Assembly (NCBI GenBank): GCA_021613535.1 | Contig: CP075493.1 | Span: forward strand, 10,850,001 to 10,914,000 | Direction: 5' to 3' | Source: Adineta vaga | Lineage: Eukaryota; Animalia; Rotifera | DNA length: 64,000 nt | Shown here: positions 23,213 through 36,954 of the stretch, piece by piece | Layout: the number at the start of each line of letters is the position of its first letter | Numbering within the stretch: the first letter of the stretch is position 1 | The notes under the pieces: model-generated | What the model saw: the letters and a program-made list of their open reading frames with translations, nothing else | Databases searched by the model: none | What the model was told of the DNA's origin: nothing | Made by a program: the position numbers and the translations under genes

Positions 23213-23982
23213 AATGACGAATACAAAAATCAATCTGTAATATTGCACTTGATATTTTCTCATATTATACGTGTGATGTATAGATTGCTATATGAAAATA
23301 AAAGAAGACAAAAAAACTTATACTAAATATATCTTTGACATATACACCATTTTATTACCGATAGATGATGAAAAATTGATAAAGCTCAAATAATTGATAC
23401 TATCAAATTAAAAGCATTTCCAATTGCTATACTGTTTGTTTGATTTGTTCTATAGACCTTTCATTATCGTTTAAATAATTTGTAATTGAATAAAATATTC
23501 CAACGAATAAACTTATCTTTTTTTAATGAGAAAATATTTTTTTATTATGTCTAATTTGTTATTCTGCCCTTCATGATCAGTATTTTACCGTTATTAGATA
23601 CGTATGTAACGCAATAAAGTCTATCAATTGATATAAACAAGAAAAGAAAGAAGAAAAATCAAGAAAAAAAGTTGCATTATATTATAAAAGTAATATGTGA
23701 ATCATTCGATCGAAGTAAAACGACGTTCCACATCATCGATATTTACGCTATCGAAATGTAAAGTAAACATAAATTGTTTTTATGATTTTTATCAAGAAAA
23801 AAAGAAGAAACCTTTTCTGGATTTTGTTGTGAATGACTTCCCCTGAACTTTACATTAGATAACATTTATGATGATATCGAATAAATAATGTAATGATCTA
23901 TCATACGAAAGTTACATAATAGATTATTCTTTTAGATTTGATCCCACATCTTGTGTATATTATTTTGTCAAAGTTTTGAACT

Positions 23983-25041
23983 ATGCGTATGTATAAATAC
24001 ATATATTGATGCATAACACAATCTTGTAGACTCATTTCTAGAAAAAAACAGACCATATAATGTATTACCTGTTTGGCATTATGACGCAACTAAACATCGA
24101 TGGAGAGCACGAGATCCAGCCGAAGTTCATTATCAAAAAGCACATCAACAAAGATCACTTCGTGTCATTACATACAATGTATGGTTTGATAAAAGACATC
24201 AACCGCTACGTTTTCAACATCTTAATGCTCTGCTACGTCATGCAAATGCAAATATCATATGTTTACAAGAAAGTGAGTTGATTCGTTCGAACAAAAAGAA
24301 CATATTGAAGATAAATAGGATACAAATCTTTTTTATTTCACAGTGACAAGACCAATCTTACACAGTTTAGTTTCTCAACCGTGGATACAGAATCGATATG
24401 TATTAAGTGATGTCGATGGACTTACATTTATTCCTGGTCCAGATAGTTATGGTGTCGTAATGTTGATTGATAAACATTTGAATTTACAACAACTTATTTC
24501 AATTCCATTTCCAACTAAATTCGGAAGACAATTATTACTTGCAGAAATACAAATACGATCCGAAATTTTTGCAGTTGGAACTGTTCATTTAGAATCAATG
24601 CGAAGAAATGAAGATACTCGATCAGAACAATTACAAATATGCCAATCAGCATTTCATAAATATGCAACGAGTCGTTCACATGCAACTTGTTTATTAGTGG
24701 GTGATTTTAATTTTGATTTTCTCTGGCCAGAAAATATTGATCAAATGAATATTCTGAAAAACTGGACTGATTTATGGTTGAAACTAAATGGTCATCATAA
24801 TACAGGAGTAACACTTCGAAATGTAAGATTTGATCGAATGATGTTTCAAAGTTCACGTGTTATTCCAACTGGCATTCGAATTATTGGTGACAGACCTATT
24901 GGACAAGCACCGAGGAGACAAAATCTTGCAACTAATCTATTGAATCTTTTATCAATCGGAAATCTAGATGAACCAATGGAAAATGTATTTATATCTGATC
25001 ATTTTGGTTTAATGGCTGATTTTGATCTTCATCGTACTTAA
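23983..25041 (+). CDS. Endonuclease/exonuclease/phosphatase (EEP), TDP2-like, 3 exons
   Basis: Spliced LRVITYNVWFD..ANIICLQE, GRQLL, TVHLES, LVGDFNF, RFDRM, SDHFGL: the complete EEP catalytic motif set. Confidence 0.88.
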
Positions 25042-25806
25042 AGAACAATTTTCCAACTAGGGTTTTCTTCCAATTGAATAATTATTTCCATTTTTTTGAA
25101 AGACTAAAATGTGTCGATGAGATTATTCAAATACATGTTCATCTTCTTGTCGAGTTGTTCGTACTGATTCAATACGATTCTAAGTAATATTTTGTGTCTA
25201 TAGTAAATGCCAATTTCGTCTTTATTGTTAACGAATTTTTGGCAAATCAATTATGAAAATAAATGATGATGTGAATAGAACAATATATAGATAATTGATA
25301 AGATTTTGTAAAAATAAAGGATCATCAAGTAATCGAATGAAAATCGATATGTATAACAAAACAAAATTGTTAAATTATTGCTGAAGAACTTATTTTTCTT
25401 CTTTGAATTAATTCAAAGATTATCATCTGTTAACAAACATGTCGTAGACCGAGAGAAAAGTTATTATTTTTAATGATCTTTTAAGCCGTAGGTTACCTAG
25501 CGTTGATATAAGGCGAGCTCTTATATTCTTTGTCAAGATAATCTTCGAAAGACTCTCTTCTTTCCATAAATACACATAAAAGTTATCAGATAAATGTCAG
25601 ATGACTTTTCTCAAATAAGTTTACACATTGATTGTCATGCTTTTTAATAGTTATTCAATAGTTTCTGATGAATATATTCATTAGTTTACTTTGCATTGAA
25701 ATAATATATATTTATTCATTCTTTTTTGCGCAAATGAGTGCATAAAAAATATGACAGTTCGCACTATAGTTTATACGAATTCAAATTGTCTTTAATGGAG
25801 TAGATT

Positions 25807-26860
25807 TTATTCAAGGTCAAGATTAGAACCAGATGATAATGGATTTTCTGGATAAATTTGATTTGCTGTTGTTTTATAACAGAATTTGAAATTTTGCCAA
25901 ATTTTCTTCCGCAAAACCTGTTTGACTTGACGACGATAACGGGGCGATATAATTATGTAAAGATAAAAACTAAGCTGAAAATGACATCAAAACTTTCTTT
26001 AATTTTTACGCAATAATAAAATTATAGCTTACTGCATATTGAACATTTAAAAGAGAAGTTGTAACAGCTTGAACTAATCGACCAATCGTAGCTTCTAAAG
26101 GACCTACTTTGTTAAAAGTAGTATTGACTATATAGATTCGATAGCAGAGAAAAGGAGAGACTAGGAGAACAAAAAAGACGACACGTATTAAAACCATTGC
26201 AGTAATTTGATGATCAAATCGACGACGTTCAATTGGAATTTGTCGACGAATAATTCGACGAACATTCCGATAAGCCAATAAACTAAACAATGATGCAGTC
26301 GTCATTGGAATAAGACCAAAGAGAAATGGATAGAAGAAATATGTTGCATACTGAGTCCATATAGGATTCCAAATCGCACATCCTGATATTGGATTTATAT
26401 CAAGATATAATGTAAATAAAAGACTATGAAGAAGCCATGAACAAATTAGAATAAAAGAAACACATCGTGCTAATGTAAATGTACAGAATTGTCGAAGATA
26501 AAGTCGATTATTTGTTGAAAAATATTGATCAATAGCAGCGAGACATATTAGACTATACGTAATATTTCCAGCAGCTTGAACTATAAAAGTTCGTAATCGA
26601 CATCCAACAGTTGAACCTGTCGTTATATCATAATGATAGATTGATGATGAAATAGTATACGTTAGTTGTAGGAATCGATTAATAAAAATAAAAATAATTT
26701 CGATAATGAAATAAAATGTTATTCGTTGTTCACGAAAGCATTTTAGATGAAGAAAAACAAGAAGATTTATAGTATTACCAATAATTCCAAAAATAAACGT
26801 GATGAAATCACTGTATAAACTATATTGAGGAATAACGACTAGTACTGTTGATGCAGACAT
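25807..26860 (-). CDS. Rhodopsin-like 7TM GPCR (2 exons)
   Basis: GIIGNTINLLVF, CRLR, AAIDQYFST, TM5 followed by RNVRRI; last exon LSFYLYIIISPRYRRQVK. Confidence 0.88.
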
Positions 26861-27399
26861 TCAAACGAGAATTATAGTTCAAAGTAAGATGAAGATGTTT
26901 TTTTCTTTCTTTCTTTTCAAGTACTATCTTATTTTTTAATTCTTTGACAACTTAATTAGCATCGGAGGATTCGCTACTCATGGTTGAATAGTAAGAAAAC
27001 ACTTGCGTGCTTTTCTTTCATACGTTAACTTCTATTAATTTAGATGTGTATTCATAAACGCTTTCATAATCATGAAGAAAATTATACATCCTTTCTTAAT
27101 ACGCATATATATATATATATATAGACAAAAAAATATGCTATATGAAACAGTAAATGTACTGAAAACTTTGTCAGATAAGTAGAAAAATTAATGTGTATAT
27201 GAAGATTGTAGAAAGTCTTGCGAAAATTGAGAAAAAAAAACATGACTTTTGAGTATTGTGAGAATAATATACCTGCTTAAGAAGATAGACGGCAGGCTAA
27301 CTCAATTGAATTTATTTTATAAAAATTATTAAATTGTCATGTATGTTTCATTATCCATAAAAATAATTAATTATAACTAATATCGTAAACGAACGAATA

Positions 27400-27990
27400 T
27401 GTTCAGATACAAGTCCATCGTACTGTTGCACAACACTCAGAAAAACTGTAATAAATTGTCTGATTATCAATTAGATCAACATTAATGGGATCAGTCATAT
27501 AAACATATTACCACATACTAGTAATTGGTACTGACGGTTTCCAATCATAAAAATAGCATCTATCACAATCTCTGTACATAACAAAACAGTTTTTTTTAAT
27601 TACTACGGCCTTGTATCTGTAGATAATTGATCAGCATATACAGTATTATTATAGAAGATCTGTGTAATTGCTCCGTTGTATAATACCACTATTTGCTTTA
27701 CATAGTTCAGTTTCAACATCACCATTTATCAGTCAATTATATAGAGATACTAAGTATAGGGTAGAGAAATTAATTTTTTCTACTGTATAATCTATCAGAG
27801 TAGACTTGCTGGTGGGCAATTGTCGTTGTACAGATAGTGACTGTACTTATTAATATCGAAATATTCAAATTTGTGTTACGATTTCAAGAAGCATCGATCA
27901 TGTAAAATAAATCTTCACTTTTTGAACTTTGTATTATAAAAGGAGCAATAAGAGAATTTGATCCTTGGAAATATGACATCACGTCTATAT
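27400..27990 (-). pseudogene. Decayed gene for an extracellular carbohydrate-binding-like domain protein
   Basis: Fragments LINGDVETELC.., QIFYNNTVYADQ.., DRCYFY.., TSMW*YV..LIDNQTIYYSFS are interrupted by stops and frameshifts, with residual splice sites. Confidence 0.4.
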
Positions 27991-28446
27991 GAACAAAAAG
28001 AAAATATACTGAACAGAATCTTCTAAAGATTCTACTGCCCTGGATCAGTACTTACCCATAAAGGTTAGATGTACTTATTCTTTCAAAATTTCAATTTAGG
28101 TTAAAGATATGAAATGAAATTTTTATCTTCATATTATATCCAAAACTATATATCACTGCTACATTGTTGTGAGAATCGTTTCACAATAGCAGAAGAATTT
28201 TTTGTAACCGTCGATCAAGTTATCGATCCGATTGACGATGAATATCAACTTTTTTTATACGAATAATTTTCATCATTTTTGTGGAGAAAAATCTCCAGGA
28301 TGTCTTCAGATTCAATTAATAAAATGAATAAGAACAAAAAGGAACACTTTTATATTTCAAAATGAATATTATGTATGTGTTATAACATTTTCTAATTGAA
28401 GAAGATGTGCAAAAATAGAACTTTTTCACCAGCTCACGTATATACT

Positions 28447-29506
28447 TCATTCCATTTCAATATGTGATGAATAATTCATGTAGATATCCGGATGAATAGT
28501 ATTTTTATTCCAAGAAAACCATCCTTTCCAACATTTTTTCACTAGAACATATTTCACTTGTCGACGATATCTTGCTGATGATAAAATAAATATATAAAAA
28601 TTTCCCTAAAAATTCAAATCAATAAATCTTTCATACATCAAAACAAAGAAATAATTCATCTTTTACCGTGTAGTTTAAATTTACAATTGAAACAATGATA
28701 GCTTGAATTAATTGTACGATTGCATAGTGAGTTGAATCATTTTGATTTATAGGAACATTGACAATATAGATTCGATAAATGATATAAGGTAACGTAAATA
28801 TAACAAAAAACATCACTCGAAGTAATATCATTGCTGTAATTTGTCGATCGAAACGACGCCGTTCGATGGGAATCTGTCGCCGAACGATCCGTCGAACATT
28901 TCGAAAAGCTAATAGACTAAATAATGATGCAATAGTAATCGGAAGAAAACCAACTATGACTGGATAGAAAATGTAACTGAAATAACGAATCCATATGACA
29001 TTCGGAATAATACATCCAATTAATGGAATAATATTAACATAAAAAGAACAGAGTAAACTATGTAAAAAGCAAAGAAATACTGTCACCAATGTAACACATT
29101 GAGCTAATTTAAATGTACAGATTTGTCTTAAAATACATCGATAATTTGTTGAAAAATATTGATCAGTTGCTTCGAAACAGATCATTGAAAATGTCATTAA
29201 ACCAAATGATTGTGCCAAGAAATATTTCAGTCGACACCAAATAAGAATAGTATTTGAAAGATCATTTCCATAGAAAGATATTAAAATAGTCATTGTAATA
29301 GAAAATAATTGATGGAATACATCGGATAGAGTTTCAATTGTTAAATAAAAAATACATTGATTATTTCGAAAGAATTTTATATGAAGAAAAACAAGAATAT
29401 TGATTACATTACCAATAATACCAGCTGTGAAAGTCAGACAACCAATATAAGTTGAGTATGATGCTGTAATATGAAGAATTTTAACAGCAGTCAAAGATGA
29501 TTCCAT
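28447..29506 (-). CDS. Rhodopsin-like 7TM GPCR (2 exons), tandem paralog of 25807..26860
   Basis: Shares DQYFSTN, ASLFSLLA.RNVRRI.RRQIPIERRRFD.QITAM and the same intron position; last exon GNFYIFILSSARYRRQVK. Confidence 0.88.
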
Positions 29507-30236
29507 GATAAATTTTCTGATGTTAACTCCAACTGTAAAATATTTAATTGACTTTATATGGTTGTCGGTATAGAATGTTTCTTTCTTCTTGTTCTATAAT
29601 CATATCAAAATGTAATATTTTGATTTCAACGCACGCGATTTTTTTTAATTATAAAAATGAGAATGTTCTTTTCATTTAAGGTCTACGTCTTTTTTTTTCT
29701 GTTGAATAATCTAATTATTTGTCAAGGACTAGATTTTATAAAAGTACTTTCTCCGGAGTCTTTCTAAAAACAAAAAAACAAAAAGAAATGTCAGGAAAAA
29801 ACATCTTTGAGTGCCGTAGGATGACAAAACATATTTCTTTGGTTGGTTGAATAATTTAAAAGAATTTGAGTAGTCTTTCTCCTAATGAGATATATAGTAG
29901 AGTTATTCACGAGATAATTACATACTTAAATCAATTTTAACTATTCAATTTGGCATGCCTGTAATAAACGAATGTTGAGAATATATAATTATCTAACAAA
30001 CATTATATCAAATGAAAATAAAGATGTTTGTTAGATGATCTGCACTGATATACCTCTATATAGAACGTCATATATCTTTTATATCATATGAGCAGATTTG
30101 GAAGTTATCGTTCATGTTGAATGATAGAGAGATGAATCTGAATTGTTCGTTTATCACTATTTATTTTTTGATAAGAATAAAAGAAAGAAATAGCTTCTTG
30201 TTGCATTATCATTTCGTGCATTGTTAAGAAAGAATT

Positions 30237-31235
30237 ATGGCAAACAATCTTCGCCATCTTTCGCCAGAGTTTTCAATTGATGAGGCAAAAGAAATTGCAA
30301 AGAAATATTATAATTTAGAAGAATTTCTTTATCAATTACCAAGTGAACGTGATCAAAATTTTCTATTTCAACAAGATGATCAATCAAAATTCATTTTGAA
30401 AATTTCTAATATTGATGAAAATTCTTCTGTACTTGATATGCAAATTTGTGCAATTAAACGTTTTAATTCACAATTACAAACATTACCAACTTTAAACGGG
30501 CAAATGATAATTACATATGAAAATCATTTTGTACGTTTGGTTAATTATATTCCAGGAATACCATTAGCTCGTTTTCAACCGCATAGTTCAAAATTACTCT
30601 TTAATCTCGGAAAAGTTCTCGGACAACTTGATCAATCTCTGCATAAATTTCAACATTCAAGTATGAAACGTGATCTCTATTGGAATATGAATAATGCCGA
30701 GAAAATCATTAATACATATAAATATTTAATTACTGATCAAAATCATTATGAAATTATCGAAGAAATTCTTCGACAATGGAAAGAATTTATTATTCCATGT
30801 TTAGGATCATTACGCATAGCTGTTATTCATAATGATGCTAATGATTATAATATTATTGTTAGAGATGAAGACACACTGTATTTAATTGATTTCGGTGATA
30901 TGTGTGAATCGTATCTTGTTTCGGAAGTTGCTATTGCATGTGCTTATGTAATGTTAGATAAAGATGATCCGATTGATTCGGCATGTCATGTCCTTTGTGG
31001 TTATCATCAAATATATCCATTAGAAAAGATTGAAATTGATATAGTTTATTATTTTATTCGAATGAGATTGGCTATGAGTGTAACAATATCTGCTCATCAA
31101 AAACAACTGCAACCAAATAACGAATATATCGTTATAAGTGAAAAGCCAGCATGGAACTTATTAGAGAAATTGAAGAATTTAGATTCAAATTCTGTTCATC
31201 ATACTTTTCATTCTGTTAGTCATACATCTAATTAA
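30237..31235 (+). CDS. APH/hydroxylysine-kinase-like phosphotransferase, bacterial-type, intronless
   Basis: LPSERDQNF, FILKISN, catalytic IHNDANDYN, IDFGD, ISEKPAWNLL. Confidence 0.88.
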   Translation: MANNLRHLSPEFSIDEAKEIAKKYYNLEEFLYQLPSERDQNFLFQQDDQSKFILKISNIDENSSVLDMQICAIKRFNSQLQTLPTLNGQMIITYENHFVRLVNYIPGIPLARFQPHSSKLLFNLGKVLGQLDQSLHKFQHSSMKRDLYWNMNNAEKIINTYKYLITDQNHYEIIEEILRQWKEFIIPCLGSLRIAVIHNDANDYNIIVRDEDTLYLIDFGDMCESYLVSEVAIACAYVMLDKDDPIDSACHVLCGYHQIYPLEKIEIDIVYYFIRMRLAMSVTISAHQKQLQPNNEYIVISEKPAWNLLEKLKNLDSNSVHHTFHSVSHTSN

Positions 31236-31345
31236 ATCTTTTCTTCAATAAAATATGAAACTTTATTTTAAAACTATTAAATATAATAATATTCCATATT
31301 ATTCATATCAAGATGGTTGGTGAACAATAAACGTCTTCATAAGGT

Positions 31346-31900
31346 TTAGTTTACTCTTTTTTTTAATGTACAAAGTTCTAAATCATCTCGCATTGTACAT
31401 CCTTGATCCAGCGATAGTGCTGGAACAAATGGTTGACGTTCACCAGTATCTATAAATCCTCGACGAGAATAATAAGCTACTAATTCAGTTCTTTGAACAA
31501 TAGTAGATAATTCTAAACATTCAACATTCCAATTGTCTATTGCATATTTTTCAGCAATTGATAAGATAAATTTTCCATAACCATTTGCTTGTAAATCTGG
31601 ACGTACAGCAAATAAACCTATTCGAGCAGTTTTACATTCTGGTTTATGTGTTAATAAAACACAGCCTTTTAAAATTTGATCACTTGTACCAAAAAACACA
31701 AGAAGTATGTTTTTATCATTGGTTATTATGCTTGATAATAAATTGGCATTCGTTCGCGGTGTAGGAATTAGTGTATCTTCATTCGTCCATCCTTGATGTG
31801 ATAATGGACCACGATAGGCATTGTTTATTAATGTAACCAATGCATCACAATCTTCTACTGTTGCAATGCGATATGTCAGCAAATCCTTTACATCTCCCAT
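31346..31900 (-). CDS. GNAT N-acetyltransferase (bacterial/fungal type)
   Basis: LINNAYRG..GWT.E, acetyl-CoA motif FAVRPDLQANGYGK, RTELVAYYSRRGF..TGERQPF. First ATG at 31900. Confidence 0.88.
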   Translation of the reverse strand: MGDVKDLLTYRIATVEDCDALVTLINNAYRGPLSHQGWTNEDTLIPTPRTNANLLSSIITNDKNILLVFFGTSDQILKGCVLLTHKPECKTARIGLFAVRPDLQANGYGKFILSIAEKYAIDNWNVECLELSTIVQRTELVAYYSRRGFIDTGERQPFVPALSLDQGCTMRDDLELCTLKKRVN

Positions 31901-32316
31901 TTTGTAAATTTTCAATTTAGAAATAAAACGTAACTATAATGCAATTATTTATCTGTTCTTTTCTTTTTCAATGACGTGTCAACAAAGATAAGAAGAAAAT
32001 GAAGATGTATACCATATAATCATATATAGTTTAGAGAAAATATCCACCTGCTATTGATAGTTATGTGATAATAACTCTGCAGTTGAAAAGAGATTATTTA
32101 TGAACAAATAATTTAGCTTGTATCATTATAAGTGAATTTGAAATATTTTGTTTTATGAAATTTCTTCTTTTAAGGAAAATTACATAGATAATGTAATCAA
32201 CGGTTAAAAATAAACGAACGATATAAACGAAAGAGAGAGAGAGAAAGAGCCCAGATAATGTCACATGTATGTCTATGCACATATATATTGATTATTTTTT
32301 TTCTCCATTATTTACA

Positions 32317-34177
32317 ATGAACATCATTATGATTAACCATATGGTAGGAATCAAACGATCACGAAGTGATGGTGATTATGGTTACAATAAAAATAAGAAA
32401 CAAAACTTTGATACCAACAATTTTATTTTATTACCTAAAAACAAGTTAGTATGAGATGAGTTCTATCACAATATTTATTTTCTATTTATTTAGATCTTGT
32501 TTTGAAAATTTAGCTAGTGAAATCATTTATGAAGTCTTTAGATATCTTGATTTCTCTCATATCTATCAAAGTTTTTTCCATTTAAACAACCGATTGAATA
32601 GATTAATTCTTAATCCAAATGGTTTTCTTCAAATTAATGTTTGTTCGATGTCAAAATCTAATTTCGATCTTTATCATCAACATTTAATTCAACCAAATAG
32701 ACATCGAATAAATTATCTTCGTTTATCCAATCCATTTACAGTTGATTTCGTTTTTTCTCCACCGCTTTTAATTCATCGTTTTATTCAACTTGAAACATTG
32801 ATTCTTGATCATATTGATACAAAATATCTGAAAAATATATTCCGACATTTAATGGATTTACCACAACTTCAATCATTAAATCTTTCATTTACGGATACTC
32901 TTTCATATTCACCAACTTTACTTTTTGAATCCATATTTCAATTATCAAAATTAAAATCATGTCAATTAAGTTATCAAACAAAATCCGATACTTTACCATT
33001 TCCATTTTATCTATCTAAAATTTATTCAACTTCGATTGAATCTTTAGTTATCAATACTTGTCTTTCTATTGATTCATTAGATGCTATATGTTGTTGTTTG
33101 CCAAAACTTCGTTATTTATCTATTGATTATCTTGTTGGATCTAATTCCTTTATGCGAACCTTTTCCGGTTCAATTTCATTGACACATTTCAAAACTCTTT
33201 CCGTTAAACTTGAGAATTTAAATTATCCGACATTCATACAATTGATCAAATCTGTCTTTAGCCGTATTGAAATTCTACATTTGACAACATCCGATCCAAA
33301 CTATTTACATGTCGATCAATGGGCACTTTTAATCTCATCTTGTCTAGTCAATTTACGTATTTTTGACATCTATTACAATGGAGTTCTACGACAAACTGAT
33401 TTTATGTACAATTCTATACTTCGTACTTTTGATCGTTCATTTTGGAATGAACGAGGATGGTATTTCACACATGAAAGTGAAGAACAAGTACATTTCTATC
33501 GTTTGCCATGTTATTTAACAAATCCATATCGAAGAAAGAGCTATGAACTTTATTGGGAACATCTTTCATCATCTGCTTCAAATCAATGTTTTACTTCAGT
33601 TAAACATGTTCATTTACGTAGTGACAATATGTTGAATCGTTCCGAGAAATATTTTCCAAACGCAACGATGTTAACGATTGAACACAATCTTCAACCACGG
33701 AATGATTCCTTTTCAATTGCTTTAAATGAAATTCTTCCGTTAAAACATTTGAAAAAATTGATTATTAAAAATTATTATTTTCCATTTGAAAAAGTTCTTC
33801 AATTATTAAAATCAACATCTAACTTACAAAGCTTATGCTTAGAACATATTGATCTTAATACGATGCTATTAAATGATTTGATCCAAATAACATCAATTAC
33901 AACACTTGAACTTCATCGCCAATGTACCTATGATGATTTCCAACTATTGATGTATATTTTTCCACAATTACAATCAATGAAAATTGGAATGAATCGAAAA
34001 GAAATTCATCCAATAATTCGATATTTATTCACAAAACCGAATCATCTATTTTCACTATGTATTACACAAATTCCAAAAGTTTGTTTACAAGAAATCAAAA
34101 AATTGATTAGAGTAGACAATTTAATTACACATTATTTGATCAAATTATTTGATCATGATCTATACTTGTGGTGGTAG
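32317..34177 (+). CDS. F-box protein with degenerate LRRs (2 exons)
   Basis: CFENLASEIIYEVFRYLD..F..LN.R F-box, LxxLxL repeats, C-terminal DLYLWW; short first exon spliced at about 32444/32494. Confidence 0.85.
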
Positions 34178-34431
34178 AGTTTTAGTTGTTCTTGTTTTTG
34201 TTTTTTTTTTGTACAAAATTAGATATTTGTTTTACAATAAATGAAATAATTCGTTGATTTATATTTTCATTGAAAGTACAGCGAGTTCATTCTCTGTGAA
34301 ACAATGTGAACAATAGTTCTTTTTGATTACATCTTTATTCTTTCTTAAAATGTGTTAGAAAAGAGCAAGTTTATTCGATAAAAAAATGTGACTTTCACTT
34401 CTTATCTTTGTCAGTTGATAACAACAAAAAC

Positions 34432-35721
34432 TTATGCACGTTTGAATGCTTCACGAAATCCATCTTCACTTTTTTCAATCATTTCTTCCGTTGCAGTCAG
34501 ACAGATACGAAAATATCCTTTCATCACACATACTGATCCTGGTAAACACCAAATATTGTATTCCGATAAAATCACACAAAATGCTCGATCATCTTCTAAT
34601 GGTGATTTCACCATGACATAGAATGTTCCTTCTGGACGAATAGGTATTTCATAGCCAATGGATATCAACATATCACACATTATATTTAATTTCTTTTCTA
34701 ATCGATCCATATCAATTCCAATAGATAATGTTTCAATATCTTGAATACTATATTGTGAAATACAATCAGGTACCATAAATCCATTCATCATTCTCGTTTG
34801 AGGTATATATAGACGAAATAATGAACGATAATAGAAAGGTATTTGATCAGATAGTGCAATATATCCTAATCGAATACCTGGATTAAGTAATGTCTTTCCA
34901 TACGTGTAACAAATAAATGTATAAGGATAAACAGAAGCAGGACAGATAAATTGCGAATTTTTAAAGATAATTTTTTTATATGCTTCATCAGATATCAACC
35001 AAATTGGTTGAGCATCATCACCATAGTGTATTTTACGTCTCTCATATTCTTGTAATAGAAGATTAGCTAAAGATTGCAATAATGATAAAGAATAGATTCT
35101 TCCTGTGGGATTATGTGGAGAATTGATGATGATTATTTTTGTTTTATCATTAATATGAGCTTTGATAGTATCTAAATCTAAATCAAATGTTTTCTGATCA
35201 CTTTTAACAATAATAGGAGTAGCTGAACATCGTAGAATCATTGCTTCATATAAAAACCACGTTGGAGTAGAAAATATCACTTGATCATCTTTATTTAATA
35301 GCATTGATAAACATGTATATAATCCACCAATATTTCCTGTCACTAAATGAATATCTTCACAATCAAATGATAAAGGTGAGAATTGCTTTGATAAATTTGA
35401 TGCAATTATTTTTCGTGATGGATGACTATTTGAATTATTTTCATCACAATAAGCATACCATTGAGGATTTAATGGTTCGATATATTTCTGATATGAAGAT
35501 AAAAATGCGGGTAAAGCCATTTCACGTGGATTACCAAATGTAAAATCACATCGCGTCGTTTCATTCGATGAACTTATACCTTTGTAATATTCATTATGTG
35601 CAAACGAGAATATTTGTTGATAATGAGCAGAATTTATTCCTGCCAATATTCGTTCACTAAATATTGAGGTAAGTGTTTTCGGTGAAGTTTCATCTGCATT
35701 ACTAATAGTTTTGGATTCCAT
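34432..35721 (-). CDS. PLP-dependent class I/II aminotransferase (bacterial aspartate-aminotransferase-like), intronless
   Basis: DFTFGNP, IIINSPHNPTG, ISDEAY, PLP Lys in YGKTLLNPGIRLGY, PEGTFY, PGS..GYFRI. Confidence 0.9.
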   Translation of the reverse strand: MESKTISNADETSPKTLTSIFSERILAGINSAHYQQIFSFAHNEYYKGISSSNETTRCDFTFGNPREMALPAFLSSYQKYIEPLNPQWYAYCDENNSNSHPSRKIIASNLSKQFSPLSFDCEDIHLVTGNIGGLYTCLSMLLNKDDQVIFSTPTWFLYEAMILRCSATPIIVKSDQKTFDLDLDTIKAHINDKTKIIIINSPHNPTGRIYSLSLLQSLANLLLQEYERRKIHYGDDAQPIWLISDEAYKKIIFKNSQFICPASVYPYTFICYTYGKTLLNPGIRLGYIALSDQIPFYYRSLFRLYIPQTRMMNGFMVPDCISQYSIQDIETLSIGIDMDRLEKKLNIMCDMLISIGYEIPIRPEGTFYVMVKSPLEDDRAFCVILSEYNIWCLPGSVCVMKGYFRICLTATEEMIEKSEDGFREAFKRA

Positions 35722-36180
35722 TTTCGATTGAATGATAATAACAAAGAAAAGTAAATGTGGTAAGAGAACGTATACTTTTGTTTTATGTCAGATATTTCTT
35801 CTATGTCAATAGAAACATGTGCTTTTATTCACATTGTTCACATAGAATAGAATAAATAATCTTTTAATTCGATCTTTAAGGACAACGAAAGGTCATAGAA
35901 TAAAGACAATAAATAAATGATATATTTCGTTACATATTAATTTCAATGAAAACTTATGATCCGAATACCGAATACGATTTAAGGATGAAACAATAAATGC
36001 GTTCAGTAAAATCTTATGACTATATACACTTGAATTTTGCTCACAAGTAGTGAAAGAAAATAATCTGACTCATTCATAAAGCAACGAGAAAAATGTTTTT
36101 CTACTGAAAATCATAAGTAAAAGAATACTTATGCTGTTGGTTGAATTTTTAAATGGCTCGTCATGAACAGTTGAGATCGT

Positions 36181-36354
36181 ATGAAAATTCTAAAAAAGAA
36201 ATCAAATAATTACAACTTTTCATCATATCAGATTAGCTCATTTATTACTTGTTTAGAAAATTTATCCAATGAAATTTATTATGAAATCGATAGAAAAATA
36301 CACAATCATATGACTTTCATTGTTTTTGCCAAAGAACAATCGACATATTTCTAA
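36181..36354 (+). pseudogene. Truncated F-box gene remnant
   Basis: ITCLENLSNEIYYEI matches the F-box start of the 32317 gene, but the frame ends shortly after. Confidence 0.45.
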
Positions 36355-36954
36355 ACATTAACATTATAACTATTTTGAAAAGCAAACAACAAATGATTCG
36401 ATATTTAACGTGTCATTATCTTTGGTCAATTCTTCATATTCTTCGCTTTGAATACTTTTCCTCATTATCAATTTTTGAATATTCATCTTTGATAATTCAT
36501 GAAAATATTACGAGTTGTCTCTGACATACAGTAAAGATCTTACTTGAAAAATGTTCGTAATTATCTAAAAACAAATAAATTTCATAATCGAAATTTTTGT
36601 AAGATAAATTTCTCTTTGCACAAAACTGACAGAATAATGTATTATTCATATTCGTATATACTAGAAATTTTGATATGTGCATTTTTTCGATAGCTAAAAC
36701 AACGAATGGTTGTTGTTAAGTTCTCAATAAGATTTCATATGATGACGACAAGCTTTTATTTTCATTATTTGTTCTGATACTGTTGAAATATCATCTAATA
36801 ATTTCGATGTACAAAATTCGAATATACTACCTTCCAACAAATGATCGTCATTGACTAAACACGACATACAATGTTGAAGATAGTAGATCTAGTATGTTTT
36901 CGACAGTTACATTAGTTATCTGAAAGCATATCTTTGTCTTTTAACTTCATTTAT

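Noticed and set aside
27106-27123. (TA)n and (GA)n microsatellites here and elsewhere
   Set aside because: Ordinary short simple repeats.
30237-35721. Idea that the kinase and PLP enzyme are PduX/CobD equivalents forming a cob cluster with cobQ
   Set aside because: PduX is a GHMP kinase, not APH-fold. The PLP enzyme looks like an aspartate-aminotransferase-type protein rather than CobD/HisC. Both lie 24-30 kb from cobQ.
34263-35953. Imperfect inverted similarity flanking the aminotransferase (ATTCTCTGTGAAACAATGTGAA at about 34289 versus the reverse complement at about 35828-35848)
   Set aside because: Short, gapped and AT-rich, with no TSD or transposase; it cannot be distinguished from chance or a shared regulatory motif.
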